Of a stretch of DNA of 64,000 nt, positions 9,559 through 19,080 are shown one piece after another. Source of the DNA: Enterobacteria phage P922. Position 1 is the stretch's first letter, and the number at the start of each line of letters is the position of its first letter. The notes beneath the pieces were generated by a model, which was given only the letters and a program-made list of their open reading frames with translations, searched no databases and was not told the DNA's origin. A program made the position numbers and the translations under genes. The stretch is from sequence record OR999189.1; one strand, written 5' to 3'.

Positions 9559-10043
9559 TTTTAAAAACTCGCTGGTATGATTTAGATGATGGGGACGATG
9601 GCATTTCAGTTGATGGAGTTGACTGGAGTGGCTGTTCCGAAGATATGAAAAATTTGCTGATTAGGGAGTTTAGAATGGGATATCAACCAGTTAAGCCATC
9701 TACTGCAACAAATGATAAATTCGTGTGTATTCATAATGGTCGCGCTAAATTAACGAACGCTGATTGGTTCACAGATAAAATTATGATTCTGTGGTACATT
9801 ATTAGTTTTCCTGTGACATCATTTGTATTTTGCTTCTTTGGAGAAAGTCCAGTAGGCAGAACGGGAGATTGGATTATTTTAACCATACTTGTTAATATTT
9901 TTACAGCAGCAATATTATCTGGGATATGGTACACGTTCATTGAAATGCCATGGCGGCTACGCAGACAACAAAAGATTTTTGATGAAAAGAAATATACTCA
10001 AAATTTAAATAACTTTATCACTGAATGCAGGAAATTAAAATGA
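9555..10043 (+). CDS. membrane protein (tandem paralog 3)
   Basis: 162 aa, TM helices, C-terminal ...NFITECRKLK. Confidence 0.5.
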   Translation: MILKTRWYDLDDGDDGISVDGVDWSGCSEDMKNLLIREFRMGYQPVKPSTATNDKFVCIHNGRAKLTNADWFTDKIMILWYIISFPVTSFVFCFFGESPVGRTGDWIILTILVNIFTAAILSGIWYTFIEMPWRLRRQQKIFDEKKYTQNLNNFITECRKLK

Positions 10044-10480
10044 AAACATTATCAGCTGGTATTATCTTTATGACAGAAGATAAAGATTTATTTATGGGTC
10101 GGGTTACTGGTTCTCGTAAGCCTGGAATGATGGCACATCGCTGGGATATTCCAAAGGGCCGTGTAGAAAATTCTGATTTAAGCGCATTAGATGCAGCACG
10201 AAGAGAATGTTTAGAAGAGACTGGTTTTAACAATTATAATCCAGATCTTCTAGAAGACCTAGGTGTATTTAAATATTCTAGTAATAAAGACCTACAGTTA
10301 TTTTATTATACGATTCCAGTAGAGCATGAGATGTTTAGAAATTGCTATTGCGAGTCTTATTTTGAAAATAAAGATGGCGTTATGATTCCAGAGATGGATG
10401 CTTTTGCTCTTATTCCTCGTACCCAGTGGCAATATGTGATGGGCCCTTCACTTTACCGAATAATGAACAGCCTCTTTTAA
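10025..10480 (+). CDS. nudE: Nudix hydrolase NudE (e.1)
   Basis: 151 aa; Nudix box GRVENSDLSALDAARRECLEETG; adjacent to lysozyme gene. Confidence 0.8.
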   Translation: MQEIKMKTLSAGIIFMTEDKDLFMGRVTGSRKPGMMAHRWDIPKGRVENSDLSALDAARRECLEETGFNNYNPDLLEDLGVFKYSSNKDLQLFYYTIPVEHEMFRNCYCESYFENKDGVMIPEMDAFALIPRTQWQYVMGPSLYRIMNSLF

Positions 10481-11283
<803 letters not shown>

Positions 11284-11284
11284 T

Positions 11285-11314
11285 GTTTACTTCCTCCAAG
11301 GGTTTTGATACTAT
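11285..11314 (+). promoter_or_regulatory. T4-type early promoter (denV)
   Basis: GTTTAC ... TTGATACTAT. Confidence 0.55.
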
Positions 11315-11341
11315 ACATTCATCAACTACTTGGAGGAAATT

Positions 11342-11755
11342 ATGACCCGTATCAATTTAACACTTGTTTCTGAATTGGCCGACCAACATCTTATGGCTGA
11401 GTATCGTGAATTACCACGCGTATTTGGTGCAGTCCGTAAACATGTTCAAAACGGTAAATGTGTAAAGGATTTTAAAATCTCTCCAACATTTATATTAGGC
11501 ACAGGTCACGTAACATTCTTTTACGACAAACTCGAATTTTTACGTTTACGTCAAATCGAGCTAATCGCTGAATGCTTGAAACGTGGTTTCAAAATCAAGG
11601 ACACGACTGTCCAGGATATTTCCGACATCCCTGCCGAATTTCGTAATAATTATGTCCCGGACGAAGCGTCCATTGCGATAAGTCAAGCACGCTTAGATGA
11701 AAAAATTGCTCAACGTCCTACTTGGTACAAATACTATGGTAAATCAATTTACTAA
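11342..11755 (+). CDS. denV: endonuclease V, pyrimidine dimer DNA glycosylase (DenV)
   Basis: From ATG 11342: [34 protein letters not shown]... matches recalled T4 endo V. Confidence 0.9.
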   Translation: MTRINLTLVSELADQHLMAEYRELPRVFGAVRKHVQNGKCVKDFKISPTFILGTGHVTFFYDKLEFLRLRQIELIAECLKRGFKIKDTTVQDISDIPAEFRNNYVPDEASIAISQARLDEKIAQRPTWYKYYGKSIY

Positions 11756-11767
11756 GGAAAAATTAAA

Positions 11768-12022
11768 ATGTATCAAGAATTTATCGCTGAAGCAGATGCC
11801 AAAGGCCCCAAATTTAAAGTTAAAGCTTTCATTGGTGATGCCGAAGATTTTGGCTCATTAAAACGTAATGGGTATTCTTTCTCAGGCGGCAATGGTAAAG
11901 AAATAAACACCTATGCAAAACGTAGTGAAATTGCTTATGTTGTAGTAAGCCCTAAAGTAGATGTTGACGATATTGGATACGATTTTAACAACTTCGGAAT
12001 TATTTCTGGCGGTAAAGCTTAA
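11768..12022 (+). CDS. hypothetical protein with degenerate CTS-like N-terminus (MYQEFIAEA)
   Basis: 84 aa; N-terminus resembles the IP leader lacking KT. Confidence 0.45.
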   Translation: MYQEFIAEADAKGPKFKVKAFIGDAEDFGSLKRNGYSFSGGNGKEINTYAKRSEIAYVVVSPKVDVDDIGYDFNNFGIISGGKA

Positions 12023-12025
12023 ACA

Positions 12026-12055
12026 GTTTACGCTTAAGTATTAATATGGTATAAT
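12026..12055 (+). promoter_or_regulatory. T4-type early promoter
   Basis: GTTTAC ... TGGTATAAT. Confidence 0.6.
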
Positions 12056-12083
12056 TACTCTATCAAAACAAACAAGGAAACAC

Positions 12084-12659
12084 ATGAAAACGTATAAAGA
12101 ATTTATCGCTGAAGCTTCTGTGGAAAAGGCCAAAGGCATTAATAAAGATGAGTGGACTTACCGAGGAAATGGTTTTGACCCTAAAACAGCCCCTATTGAA
12201 CGATACTTAGCTACAAAAGCTTCCGACTTTAAAGCTTTCGCTTGGGAAGGACTTCGCTGGTGTACTGATCTAAATATTGAAGTTGATGGGCTTAAATTTG
12301 GCCATATTCAAGATGTTGTTGCTAGTAACTTGGACGCAGCTTTTGTTAAAGCTGACGGTGACCTTCGTCGCTGGAATTTAAAATTATTCTCTAAACAGAA
12401 AGGCCCAGTGTTTGTGCCTAAAGCTGGTAAATGGGTTATTGATAATAAATTAGCTAAGGCTGTCAACTTCGCCGGTCTTGAATTTGCCAAGCACAAATCG
12501 GCATGGAAAGGTCTTGATGCAATGGCTTTCCGTAAAGAATTCGCCGAGGTTATGACTAAAGGCGGCTTTAAGGCAGAACTAGATACCTCTAAAGGTACGT
12601 TTAAAGACGCTAATGTTCAGTATGCTTACGCCGTTGCTAATGCAGCCCGTGGTAATTAA
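12084..12659 (+). CDS. internal-protein-like with CTS leader MKTYKEFIAEA (IPIII-sized)
   Basis: 191 aa, Lys/Ala-rich, N-terminal leader; own promoter at 12026-12055. Confidence 0.55.
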   Translation: MKTYKEFIAEASVEKAKGINKDEWTYRGNGFDPKTAPIERYLATKASDFKAFAWEGLRWCTDLNIEVDGLKFGHIQDVVASNLDAAFVKADGDLRRWNLKLFSKQKGPVFVPKAGKWVIDNKLAKAVNFAGLEFAKHKSAWKGLDAMAFRKEFAEVMTKGGFKAELDTSKGTFKDANVQYAYAVANAARGN

Positions 12660-12836
12660 TAAGGCCGATACTTAGGCCTATTTACATTCAAATAACATGG
12701 GAACAAGCTGGACCTCATGATTCTATGAGAGATTCCCGCCAACCTGTAATAAGGTCGAGCCCAAGTGCGGTAATGGGTAAATACAGAAATGGACAATTCA
12801 TGCGCCATGGAATGGCCCAAATTTAGAGAGAATAAA

Positions 12837-13379
12837 ATGAGAACATTTTTAACTGGTCCTTATCTATCCCTGATGAATGCTTTTACACACCATTCTGATG
12901 CTAGAGTAGAAGAAATTTGTAATAGTGGATTTTATGTACCTGATTCGTCGCATTTATTTAAAGAATATTGTACACTTCGTTTAGATGGTGGCAGACAATC
13001 TGGTAAATCAACTGCAGTAACTAATTTTGCCGCTAATTGGTTGTATGACGGTGGAACAGTTATTGTTCTTTCTAATACTTCAGCTTACGCTAAAATTTCT
13101 GCGGGCCACATTAAAAAAGAATTTTCGCGTTATTCTAGCGATGATATTCGATTCCGCTTATTTACTGATTCTGTGCGCAGTTTTATTGGGAATAAAGGAA
13201 GCAAGTTCAGAGGTTTATCGCTTTCGCGGATTTTGTATATAATCGATGAGCCTGTTAAATCTCCTGATATGGATAAAATTTACGATATTCATATTGAAAC
13301 TGTGCACCACTGTTGCAATAGTAAATGCTGCATTGGCGGTATTACTCGTCCGCAGTTTTTCGTAATTGGGATGCAATGA
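12837..13379 (+). CDS. P-loop NTPase-like protein
   Basis: ATG 12837 after GAGAGAATAAA; Walker A GGRQSGKST. Confidence 0.5.
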   Translation: MRTFLTGPYLSLMNAFTHHSDARVEEICNSGFYVPDSSHLFKEYCTLRLDGGRQSGKSTAVTNFAANWLYDGGTVIVLSNTSAYAKISAGHIKKEFSRYSSDDIRFRLFTDSVRSFIGNKGSKFRGLSLSRILYIIDEPVKSPDMDKIYDIHIETVHHCCNSKCCIGGITRPQFFVIGMQ

Positions 13380-13705
13380 TGACAGATACGCAACTTTTCG
13401 AATATCTTTATTTTTCGCCAAAAACTATTAAAAATAAATTGGTGAATCATTTTGAAATTTTGGCAAATAACAACGTCTTGAGCGAATTTTATCCCAAGCA
13501 ATACAAATTACAAAAAGGTGTATTCAAAGGATGCAGAGTTTTGTGCACTGCTCCTAATGCAAGATTAATGAATAAAATTCCATATTTTACCATGGAATTT
13601 ATTGATGGACCTTTTAAAGGACTAATCACCCAAAGTTTAATGGCATATGATTCTGAGCCATTTTTAATTAAAGAACAATCTTGGATAAATTTATTTTCTA
13701 ATTGA
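13376..13705 (+). CDS. hypothetical protein (coupled to upstream gene via ATGATGA overlap)
   Basis: 109 aa ORF, start overlaps the preceding stop. Confidence 0.45.
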   Translation: MMTDTQLFEYLYFSPKTIKNKLVNHFEILANNNVLSEFYPKQYKLQKGVFKGCRVLCTAPNARLMNKIPYFTMEFIDGPFKGLITQSLMAYDSEPFLIKEQSWINLFSN

Positions 13706-13713
13706 GAGGTTAT

Positions 13714-14076
13714 ATGAAAGCATACCAAATTCTTGAAGGCACACATAAAGGTACTATTTATTTTGAAGATGGTATTCAAGCACGAATTATTGTTTCTAAA
13801 ACCTTTAAAGAGGATTCTTTTGTAGACCCAGAAATTTTCTATGGTTTGCATGCCCGTGAAATTGAAATTGAAACACAACCTACAGTTAAAATCGAGGGTG
13901 GTCAACACCTGAACGTTAACGTTCTGCGTCGTGAAACTCTGGAAGATGCAGTTAAGCATCCGGAAAAATATCCGCAGCTGACCATCCGTGTATCCGGTTA
14001 TGCAGTTCGCTTTAACTCTCTGACTCCGGAACAGCAGCGCGACGTTATCGCTCGTACCTTTACTGAGAGTTTGTAA
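13714..14076 (+). CDS. autonomous glycyl radical cofactor GrcA/YfiD-like protein
   Basis: C-terminus ...[63 protein letters not shown] with RVSGY glycine-radical motif. Confidence 0.85.
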   Translation: MKAYQILEGTHKGTIYFEDGIQARIIVSKTFKEDSFVDPEIFYGLHAREIEIETQPTVKIEGGQHLNVNVLRRETLEDAVKHPEKYPQLTIRVSGYAVRFNSLTPEQQRDVIARTFTESL

Positions 14077-14297
14077 TGGCAAAGATAATTATTGAAGGTT
14101 CTAAAGATGTGCTAAATGCTTTCGCCGAGTGGTTTAGTAATTCAGGCGAACAGCAATTTAATGAAGCATGGAACATGGGTGATATTAGTGGAATTTATCC
14201 TACGACAGAAATTTCTGTTCAGGGATATGGCATTCATGAACCTATTCGTTTAGTTGAATATGATTTGGGTACTGGTGAGGAAGTAAAATATGATTGA
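14076..14297 (+). CDS. hypothetical small protein
   Basis: 73 aa ORF, coupled start. Confidence 0.4.
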   Translation: MAKIIIEGSKDVLNAFAEWFSNSGEQQFNEAWNMGDISGIYPTTEISVQGYGIHEPIRLVEYDLGTGEEVKYD

Positions 14298-14556
14298 AGA
14301 TATTAAGGGTTATAAGCCACATACTGAAGAGAAAATCGGTAAAGTGAATGCTATCAAAGATGCTGAAGTTCGTTTAGGACTTATCTTTGACGCTTTATAC
14401 GATGAATTCTGGGAAGCACTAGATAATTGCGAAGACTACGAATTCGCAAAGAATTATGCTGAAAGCCTCGATCAGCTAACTATTGCTAAAACGAAACTCA
14501 AAGAAGCCAGTATGTGGGCTTGTCGTGCTGTGTTCCAACCAGAGGAAAAATATTAA
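14290..14556 (+). CDS. hypothetical small helical protein (vs.4/Acb2 candidate by position only)
   Basis: 88 aa ORF in the regB-denV interval. Confidence 0.4.
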   Translation: MIEDIKGYKPHTEEKIGKVNAIKDAEVRLGLIFDALYDEFWEALDNCEDYEFAKNYAESLDQLTIAKTKLKEASMWACRAVFQPEEKY

Positions 14557-14834
14557 TGGCTCAATTAAGCGCAGGGTTTGGTTATGAGTATTATACTGCC
14601 CCTCGTCGTGTATCTGTTGCTCCTAAGAAAATTCAAAGTCTTGATGACTTCCAGGAAGTAGTCCGCAAAGCTTTCCAGGACTATGCACGTTATCTTAAAG
14701 AAGATTCACAGGACTGTCTCGAAGAAGATGAAATTGCTTACTATGAGCAGCGTCTTGAACAGCTTAAAAACCTACATGAGGTTCGTGCAGAAGTTACAAA
14801 GTCTATGAATAAATTGATTAGATTTAAAGAATAA
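14556..14834 (+). CDS. hypothetical small helical protein
   Basis: ATG 14556 overlapping upstream stop (TAATG). Confidence 0.45.
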   Translation: MAQLSAGFGYEYYTAPRRVSVAPKKIQSLDDFQEVVRKAFQDYARYLKEDSQDCLEEDEIAYYEQRLEQLKNLHEVRAEVTKSMNKLIRFKE

Positions 14835-14837
14835 TTG

Positions 14838-14867
14838 TTTACTTTTCCTCTTGACTGTGGTATAATT
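14838..14867 (+). promoter_or_regulatory. T4-type early promoter (regB)
   Basis: GTTTAC ... TGTGGTATAAT. Confidence 0.6.
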
Positions 14868-14893
14868 TTTCTATCAGTTAAGAGGAGAATAAC

Positions 14894-15355
14894 ATGACTA
14901 TCAACACAGAAGTTTTTATCCGTCGAAATAAGCTCCGTCGTCACTTTGAGTCGGAGTTTCGTCAAATTAACAATGAGATTCGTGAGGCATCAAAAGCAGC
15001 AGGGGTCTCATCGTTTCATCTAAAATATTCTCAGCATCTTCTTGATCGTGCAATTCAACGGGAGATTGATGAGACATATGTTTTTGAATTATTCCACAAA
15101 ATAAAAGACCATGTTTTAGAAGTTAATGAATTCCTGAGTATGCCTCCGCGTCCTGACATTGACGAGGATTTTATTGATGGGGTTGAATATCGTCCTGGGC
15201 GTTTAGAAATCACAGATGGAAATCTTTGGCTTGGATTTACAGTTTGTAAACCTAATGCGAAGTTCAAAGACCCGTCGCTTCAGTGCAGGATGGCAATTAT
15301 TAACAGTCGTCGTTTACCAGGAAAGGCTTCTAAAGCAGTAATTAAAACTCAATGA
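14894..15355 (+). CDS. regB: RegB site-specific endoribonuclease
   Basis: 153 aa; matches recalled T4 RegB length and N-terminus MTINTEVF... Confidence 0.8.
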   Translation: MTINTEVFIRRNKLRRHFESEFRQINNEIREASKAAGVSSFHLKYSQHLLDRAIQREIDETYVFELFHKIKDHVLEVNEFLSMPPRPDIDEDFIDGVEYRPGRLEITDGNLWLGFTVCKPNAKFKDPSLQCRMAIINSRRLPGKASKAVIKTQ

Positions 15356-15362
15356 GGTAAGC

Positions 15363-15908
15363 ATGAGAAAAGCACTACTCGCTGGTCTATTGGCCATTTC
15401 AATGATGGCACATAGCTCCGAGCATACTTTCAGTAATGTCCAACTCGATAACATGCGTTACGCATATCAATTCGGGGAACAATTTTCTAAGGATGGAAAA
15501 TATAAAACACACAAAAATATCCACAAGAGTGGATTAGGTCATATAATGGCTGCTATTTTATGGCAAGAAAGCTCTGCCGGAGTTAATTTAAAATCTAAAC
15601 CAAAGCATCATGCCTATGGAATGTTCCAAAATTATTTGCCGACCATGCGAGCAAGAGTTAAGGAACTTGGTTATAATATGACCGATGCTGAAATAAAAAG
15701 AATGTTGAATAAACGGTCCAATTCAGCTTCCTGGGCGTACATTGAACTTTCTTATTGGTTAAATATACATAAGGGCGATATAAGAAAGGCAATATCCTCT
15801 TATAATTCGGGATGGAATGTTAAAGCAGGTTCTAAATATGCTTCTGAAGTCCTAGAAAAGGCTAACTACCTTAAAAATAATAAACTGTTGGAAATAGTAA
15901 ATGACTAA
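15363..15908 (+). CDS. secreted lytic transglycosylase-like protein (SLT domain)
   Basis: Signal peptide; WQESSAGV ... AYGMFQ motifs of lytic transglycosylases. Confidence 0.65.
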   Translation: MRKALLAGLLAISMMAHSSEHTFSNVQLDNMRYAYQFGEQFSKDGKYKTHKNIHKSGLGHIMAAILWQESSAGVNLKSKPKHHAYGMFQNYLPTMRARVKELGYNMTDAEIKRMLNKRSNSASWAYIELSYWLNIHKGDIRKAISSYNSGWNVKAGSKYASEVLEKANYLKNNKLLEIVND

Positions 15909-16242
15909 AATTTTGGTTTTATGTGTAGGATTAATTTCATTTTCTGCGTTAGCAAATACATCATACACTGAAATTAGAGAGTATGTAAACCGTACTGCCG
16001 CGGATTATTGTGGGAAAAATAAAGCATGCCAAGCTGAATTTGCGCAGAAATTAATATATGCATATAAAGACGGAGAAAGAGATAAATCAAGCAGATATAA
16101 AAATGATACTTTATTAAAACGATATGCTAAAAAGTGGAATACCTTAGAATGTTCAGTTGCGGAGGAGAAAGATAAAGCCGCTTGTCATTCAATGGTTGAC
16201 CGTTTGGTAGATTCTTATAATCGAGGATTGAGTACTAGATGA
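15901..16242 (+). CDS. secreted Cys-containing small protein
   Basis: 113 aa with N-terminal signal peptide. Confidence 0.45.
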   Translation: MTKILVLCVGLISFSALANTSYTEIREYVNRTAADYCGKNKACQAEFAQKLIYAYKDGERDKSSRYKNDTLLKRYAKKWNTLECSVAEEKDKAACHSMVDRLVDSYNRGLSTR

Positions 16243-16718
16243 TTGTAAAATATATCAAGGGCGATATTGTCGCCCTATTTCTTCAAGGTAATATTATTGC
16301 GCACGGATGCAACTGCTTCCACACAATGGGCTCTGGTGTAGCGGGTCAATTAGCAAGAGCCTATCCCAAAATTTTAGAAATAGATAAAACCACTACCGAA
16401 TACGGTTCTCGTGATAAATTAGGCGATATGTCTATTGTTTTTAAGCATAGTCCTACGGGATTTGGTATATGCTATAACCTGTATACGCAATACGAACCGG
16501 GTCCTAATCTTGATTATGGTGCTTTAGTAAATTGCATGATAGAATTAAATCTACAGGCAGAAACCCTTTTGTTTAAACCAGTAATTTACATTCCACGCAT
16601 AGGTTGTGGTATTGCTGGCGGTGATTGGGATAAGGTTTCTAAATTAATCGACATGTTTACTCCTGATATTGATTTAATAGTGGTGGATTATGAAAGCACA
16701 TTACCCACATCCGTTTGA
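16239..16718 (+). CDS. macrodomain protein (ADP-ribose binding/processing fold)
   Basis: N-terminal IAHGCNCFHTMGSGVAGQLA resembles the macrodomain N-x(6)-G-x-G-V-x-G motif; 159 aa. Confidence 0.6.
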   Translation: MIVKYIKGDIVALFLQGNIIAHGCNCFHTMGSGVAGQLARAYPKILEIDKTTTEYGSRDKLGDMSIVFKHSPTGFGICYNLYTQYEPGPNLDYGALVNCMIELNLQAETLLFKPVIYIPRIGCGIAGGDWDKVSKLIDMFTPDIDLIVVDYESTLPTSV

Positions 16719-16902
16719 CCCTAAAAATAAAGTGGAAATTATTCGTCAATGGGAACGCATTTGCCGTACTAAATGCCCAATTAATAGTCTACATGATGTA
16801 GATAAAGACTACATCGGAACATTCGTTGAATATACCTTTATTGATAAGAAAGGTCGTAAACAACATGTAGAAGAATATTGCTTAAAGGTTACATGGTTAT
16901 GA
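16690..16902 (+). CDS. hypothetical small protein
   Basis: 70 aa ORF. Confidence 0.4.
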   Translation: MKAHYPHPFDPKNKVEIIRQWERICRTKCPINSLHDVDKDYIGTFVEYTFIDKKGRKQHVEEYCLKVTWL

Positions 16903-17084
16903 GTTTAAGTAAAGAACAAAAAGACAGACTGTTTTCTCTTATTCACGAAGTTATGGATAAAAATAGTGAATTGGAAAAAGTTTGCGATGAATGCGGTCCT
17001 TTTAATACCGACGAATACGAAGAACTGTGTAAAGATTTCGACGATAAAGAACAAGAACTTATTGATTATATAAATTCCTTATGA
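16878..17084 (+). CDS. hypothetical small acidic protein
   Basis: 68 aa ORF. Confidence 0.4.
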   Translation: MLKGYMVMSLSKEQKDRLFSLIHEVMDKNSELEKVCDECGPFNTDEYEELCKDFDDKEQELIDYINSL

Positions 17085-17269
17085 TTACTCGCGAACAAAA
17101 GAATGAAATACGATTTTTAATCAGCGAAATTACTAGTTTAGAACGAGATTTATCTTTTGAATTGGCTTCGGATTATGGAGATGCTGAAACATACTACGAA
17201 TTAGTAAAATCTATCGATAAAGCTGAAAATGATTTAGAAACATATTTAGAAAATTTAACTAAGGACTAA
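17081..17269 (+). CDS. hypothetical small acidic protein
   Basis: 62 aa ORF. Confidence 0.4.
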   Translation: MITREQKNEIRFLISEITSLERDLSFELASDYGDAETYYELVKSIDKAENDLETYLENLTKD

Positions 17270-17270
17270 G

Positions 17271-17852
17271 ATGGCGAGTTTAATTTTTACTTATGCAGCA
17301 ATGAATGCTGGAAAATCTGCTTCTCTTTTGACTGCTGCACATAATTATAAAGAACGTGGAATGAGTGTATTAGTTCTTAAACCTGCTATTGATACTCGCG
17401 ATTCTGTCTGTGAAGTCGTTTCTCGCATTGGAATTAAACAGGAAGCGAATATTATTACGGATGATATGGATATTTTTGAGTTCTATAAATGGGCTGAAGC
17501 ACAAAAAGATATTCATTGTGTATTTGTAGATGAAGCACAGTTTTTAAAAACTGAACAGGTGCATCAATTAAGCCGAATTGTCGATACATATAATGTTCCT
17601 GTTATGGCTTATGGTCTAAGGACTGATTTCGCCGGAAAATTATTTGAAGGTTCTAAAGAACTTTTGGCGATTGCGGATAAACTTATTGAACTAAAGGCAG
17701 TTTGTCATTGCGGTAAAAAAGCGATTATGACAGCTCGATTAATGGAAGATGGAACACCAGTTAAAGAAGGTAATCAAATCTGTATTGGTGATGAAATTTA
17801 TGTTTCTTTGTGTAGAAAACATTGGAACGAATTAACTAAAAAGCTCGGTTAG
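17271..17852 (+). CDS. tk: thymidine kinase
   Basis: 193 aa; AMNAGKS P-loop and C-terminal Cys cluster typical of TK. Confidence 0.95.
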   Translation: MASLIFTYAAMNAGKSASLLTAAHNYKERGMSVLVLKPAIDTRDSVCEVVSRIGIKQEANIITDDMDIFEFYKWAEAQKDIHCVFVDEAQFLKTEQVHQLSRIVDTYNVPVMAYGLRTDFAGKLFEGSKELLAIADKLIELKAVCHCGKKAIMTARLMEDGTPVKEGNQICIGDEIYVSLCRKHWNELTKKLG

Positions 17853-17861
17853 TGCAAAAGT

Positions 17862-17869
17862 TATAAATA
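17862..17869 (+). promoter_or_regulatory. T4 late-promoter box TATAAATA
   Basis: Exact TATAAATA 26 nt upstream of ATG 17895. Confidence 0.45.
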
Positions 17870-17894
17870 GGTTTATCTAACTAAAGGGGTATAT

Positions 17895-18107
17895 ATGCTA
17901 CAATTAACTGAAAAGCAACTTCGCAATCTTACTGTGCTTCAATTAGATGAAATTCGTAGGGAAGTTGGAAATATCATTTCAGCTTTGCGTCGAGAAGTAT
18001 CACTCAACCAATCTCCGGCAGACTATACTAGATTGCGAAATTTTGAAAAATACCTTGATAAAGTTAAGGCCGTGCATCGGCATAAAGTAAATACAGGACA
18101 AAAATGA
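17895..18107 (+). CDS. hypothetical protein (rI.1 position)
   Basis: 70 aa ORF, SD AAAGGGG. Confidence 0.45.
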
Positions 18108-18119
18108 TAGGAGGCCTTT

Positions 18120-18413
18120 ATGGCCTTAAAAGCAGCGGCACTTTTTGCCATGCTAGGATTGTCATTTGTTTTATCTCCATCGATTGAAGCGAATGTCGAT
18201 CCTCATTTTGATAAATTTATGGAATCTGGTATTAGGCACGTTTATACACTTTTTGAAAATAAAAGCGTAGAATCGTCTGAACAATTCTATAGTTTTATGA
18301 GAACGACCTATAAAAATGACCCGTGCTCTTCTGATTTTGAATGTATAGAGCGAGGCGCGGAGATGGCACAATCATACGCTAGAATTATGAACATTAAATT
18401 GGAGACTGAATGA
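18120..18413 (+). CDS. rI: lysis inhibition regulator rI (secreted/membrane anchored)
   Basis: 97 aa, N-terminal signal anchor; size and position of T4 rI next to tk. Confidence 0.75.
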   Translation: MALKAAALFAMLGLSFVLSPSIEANVDPHFDKFMESGIRHVYTLFENKSVESSEQFYSFMRTTYKNDPCSSDFECIERGAEMAQSYARIMNIKLETE

Positions 18414-18796
18414 AATTCAGCGACTTTTCACAAAGTGGAAAACCTTCAAAGGCAGATGAATACTTAGGTTTATTAATGGCTGCGCAAGCTTATTTTCATT
18501 CTGCGCATTTTGAAACTAAAAGTTATGCTAGACACAAAGCATACGATTTTATTTTCTCTGAGTTGCCAGATTTGATTGACAAATTTGGTGAGCAGTATTT
18601 GGGGTATTCTGGTAGAAAATACACACCTTCAATTCCAGATGCTAGTAAACTTCCTACCGACACAATTAAAATGATTGATCGTATACTAGACCAATCTAAC
18701 AGCATTTACAAAGAAATGCCTCCAGCCATTCAAAGCACGATAGATGATATTACTGGAATGTTTTATCAAAGTAAGTATCTTCTTTCCCTCGAATAA
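18410..18796 (+). CDS. hypothetical protein (rI.-1 position)
   Basis: 128 aa ORF ending at a hairpin terminator. Confidence 0.5.
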   Translation: MKFSDFSQSGKPSKADEYLGLLMAAQAYFHSAHFETKSYARHKAYDFIFSELPDLIDKFGEQYLGYSGRKYTPSIPDASKLPTDTIKMIDRILDQSNSIYKEMPPAIQSTIDDITGMFYQSKYLLSLE

Positions 18797-18800
18797 CATT

Positions 18801-18824
18801 AGTCTCCTTCGGGAGACTTTTTTC
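18801..18824 (+). terminator. intrinsic terminator
   Basis: AGTCTCC-TTCG-GGAGACT + TTTTTT. Confidence 0.7.
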
Positions 18825-18833
18825 ATTTTACCG

Positions 18834-18863
18834 GTTTACTTTCCATTTGAGCTGTGATACTAT
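18834..18863 (+). promoter_or_regulatory. T4-type early promoter
   Basis: GTTTAC ... TGTGATACTAT, immediately after terminator hairpin. Confidence 0.6.
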
Positions 18864-18891
18864 ACAACCATCGGATAAAGAGGAGAACATC

Positions 18892-19080
18892 ATGAAAATT
18901 GAAGCACTTAATCAAGAAGGAAATATCTACGTCATCATTAATGGTGATTTTTTCGTCGACATGGATGAAGTTACTAGTGAAGAACTTGAAGAACTTCTTA
19001 AGAAACGTTATGATATGTGTGATGAAGCTGCAACTCACATGGCGTGTGCAATATTCTCTCTTTCATATGTGGTGGAATAA
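18892..19080 (+). CDS. hypothetical small acidic protein
   Basis: ATG 18892 after AAAGAGGAGAACATC. Confidence 0.4.
   Translation: MKIEALNQEGNIYVIINGDFFVDMDEVTSEELEELLKKRYDMCDEAATHMACAIFSLSYVVE

Noticed and set aside
13027-13242. 71 aa + strand ORF in an alternative frame
   Set aside because: Internal to the P-loop gene 12837-13379; the Walker A frame is preferred.
13489-14082. 197 aa minus-strand ORF
   Set aside because: Antisense to the well-supported GrcA-like gene and its neighbour; no RBS; + strand coding is far better supported.
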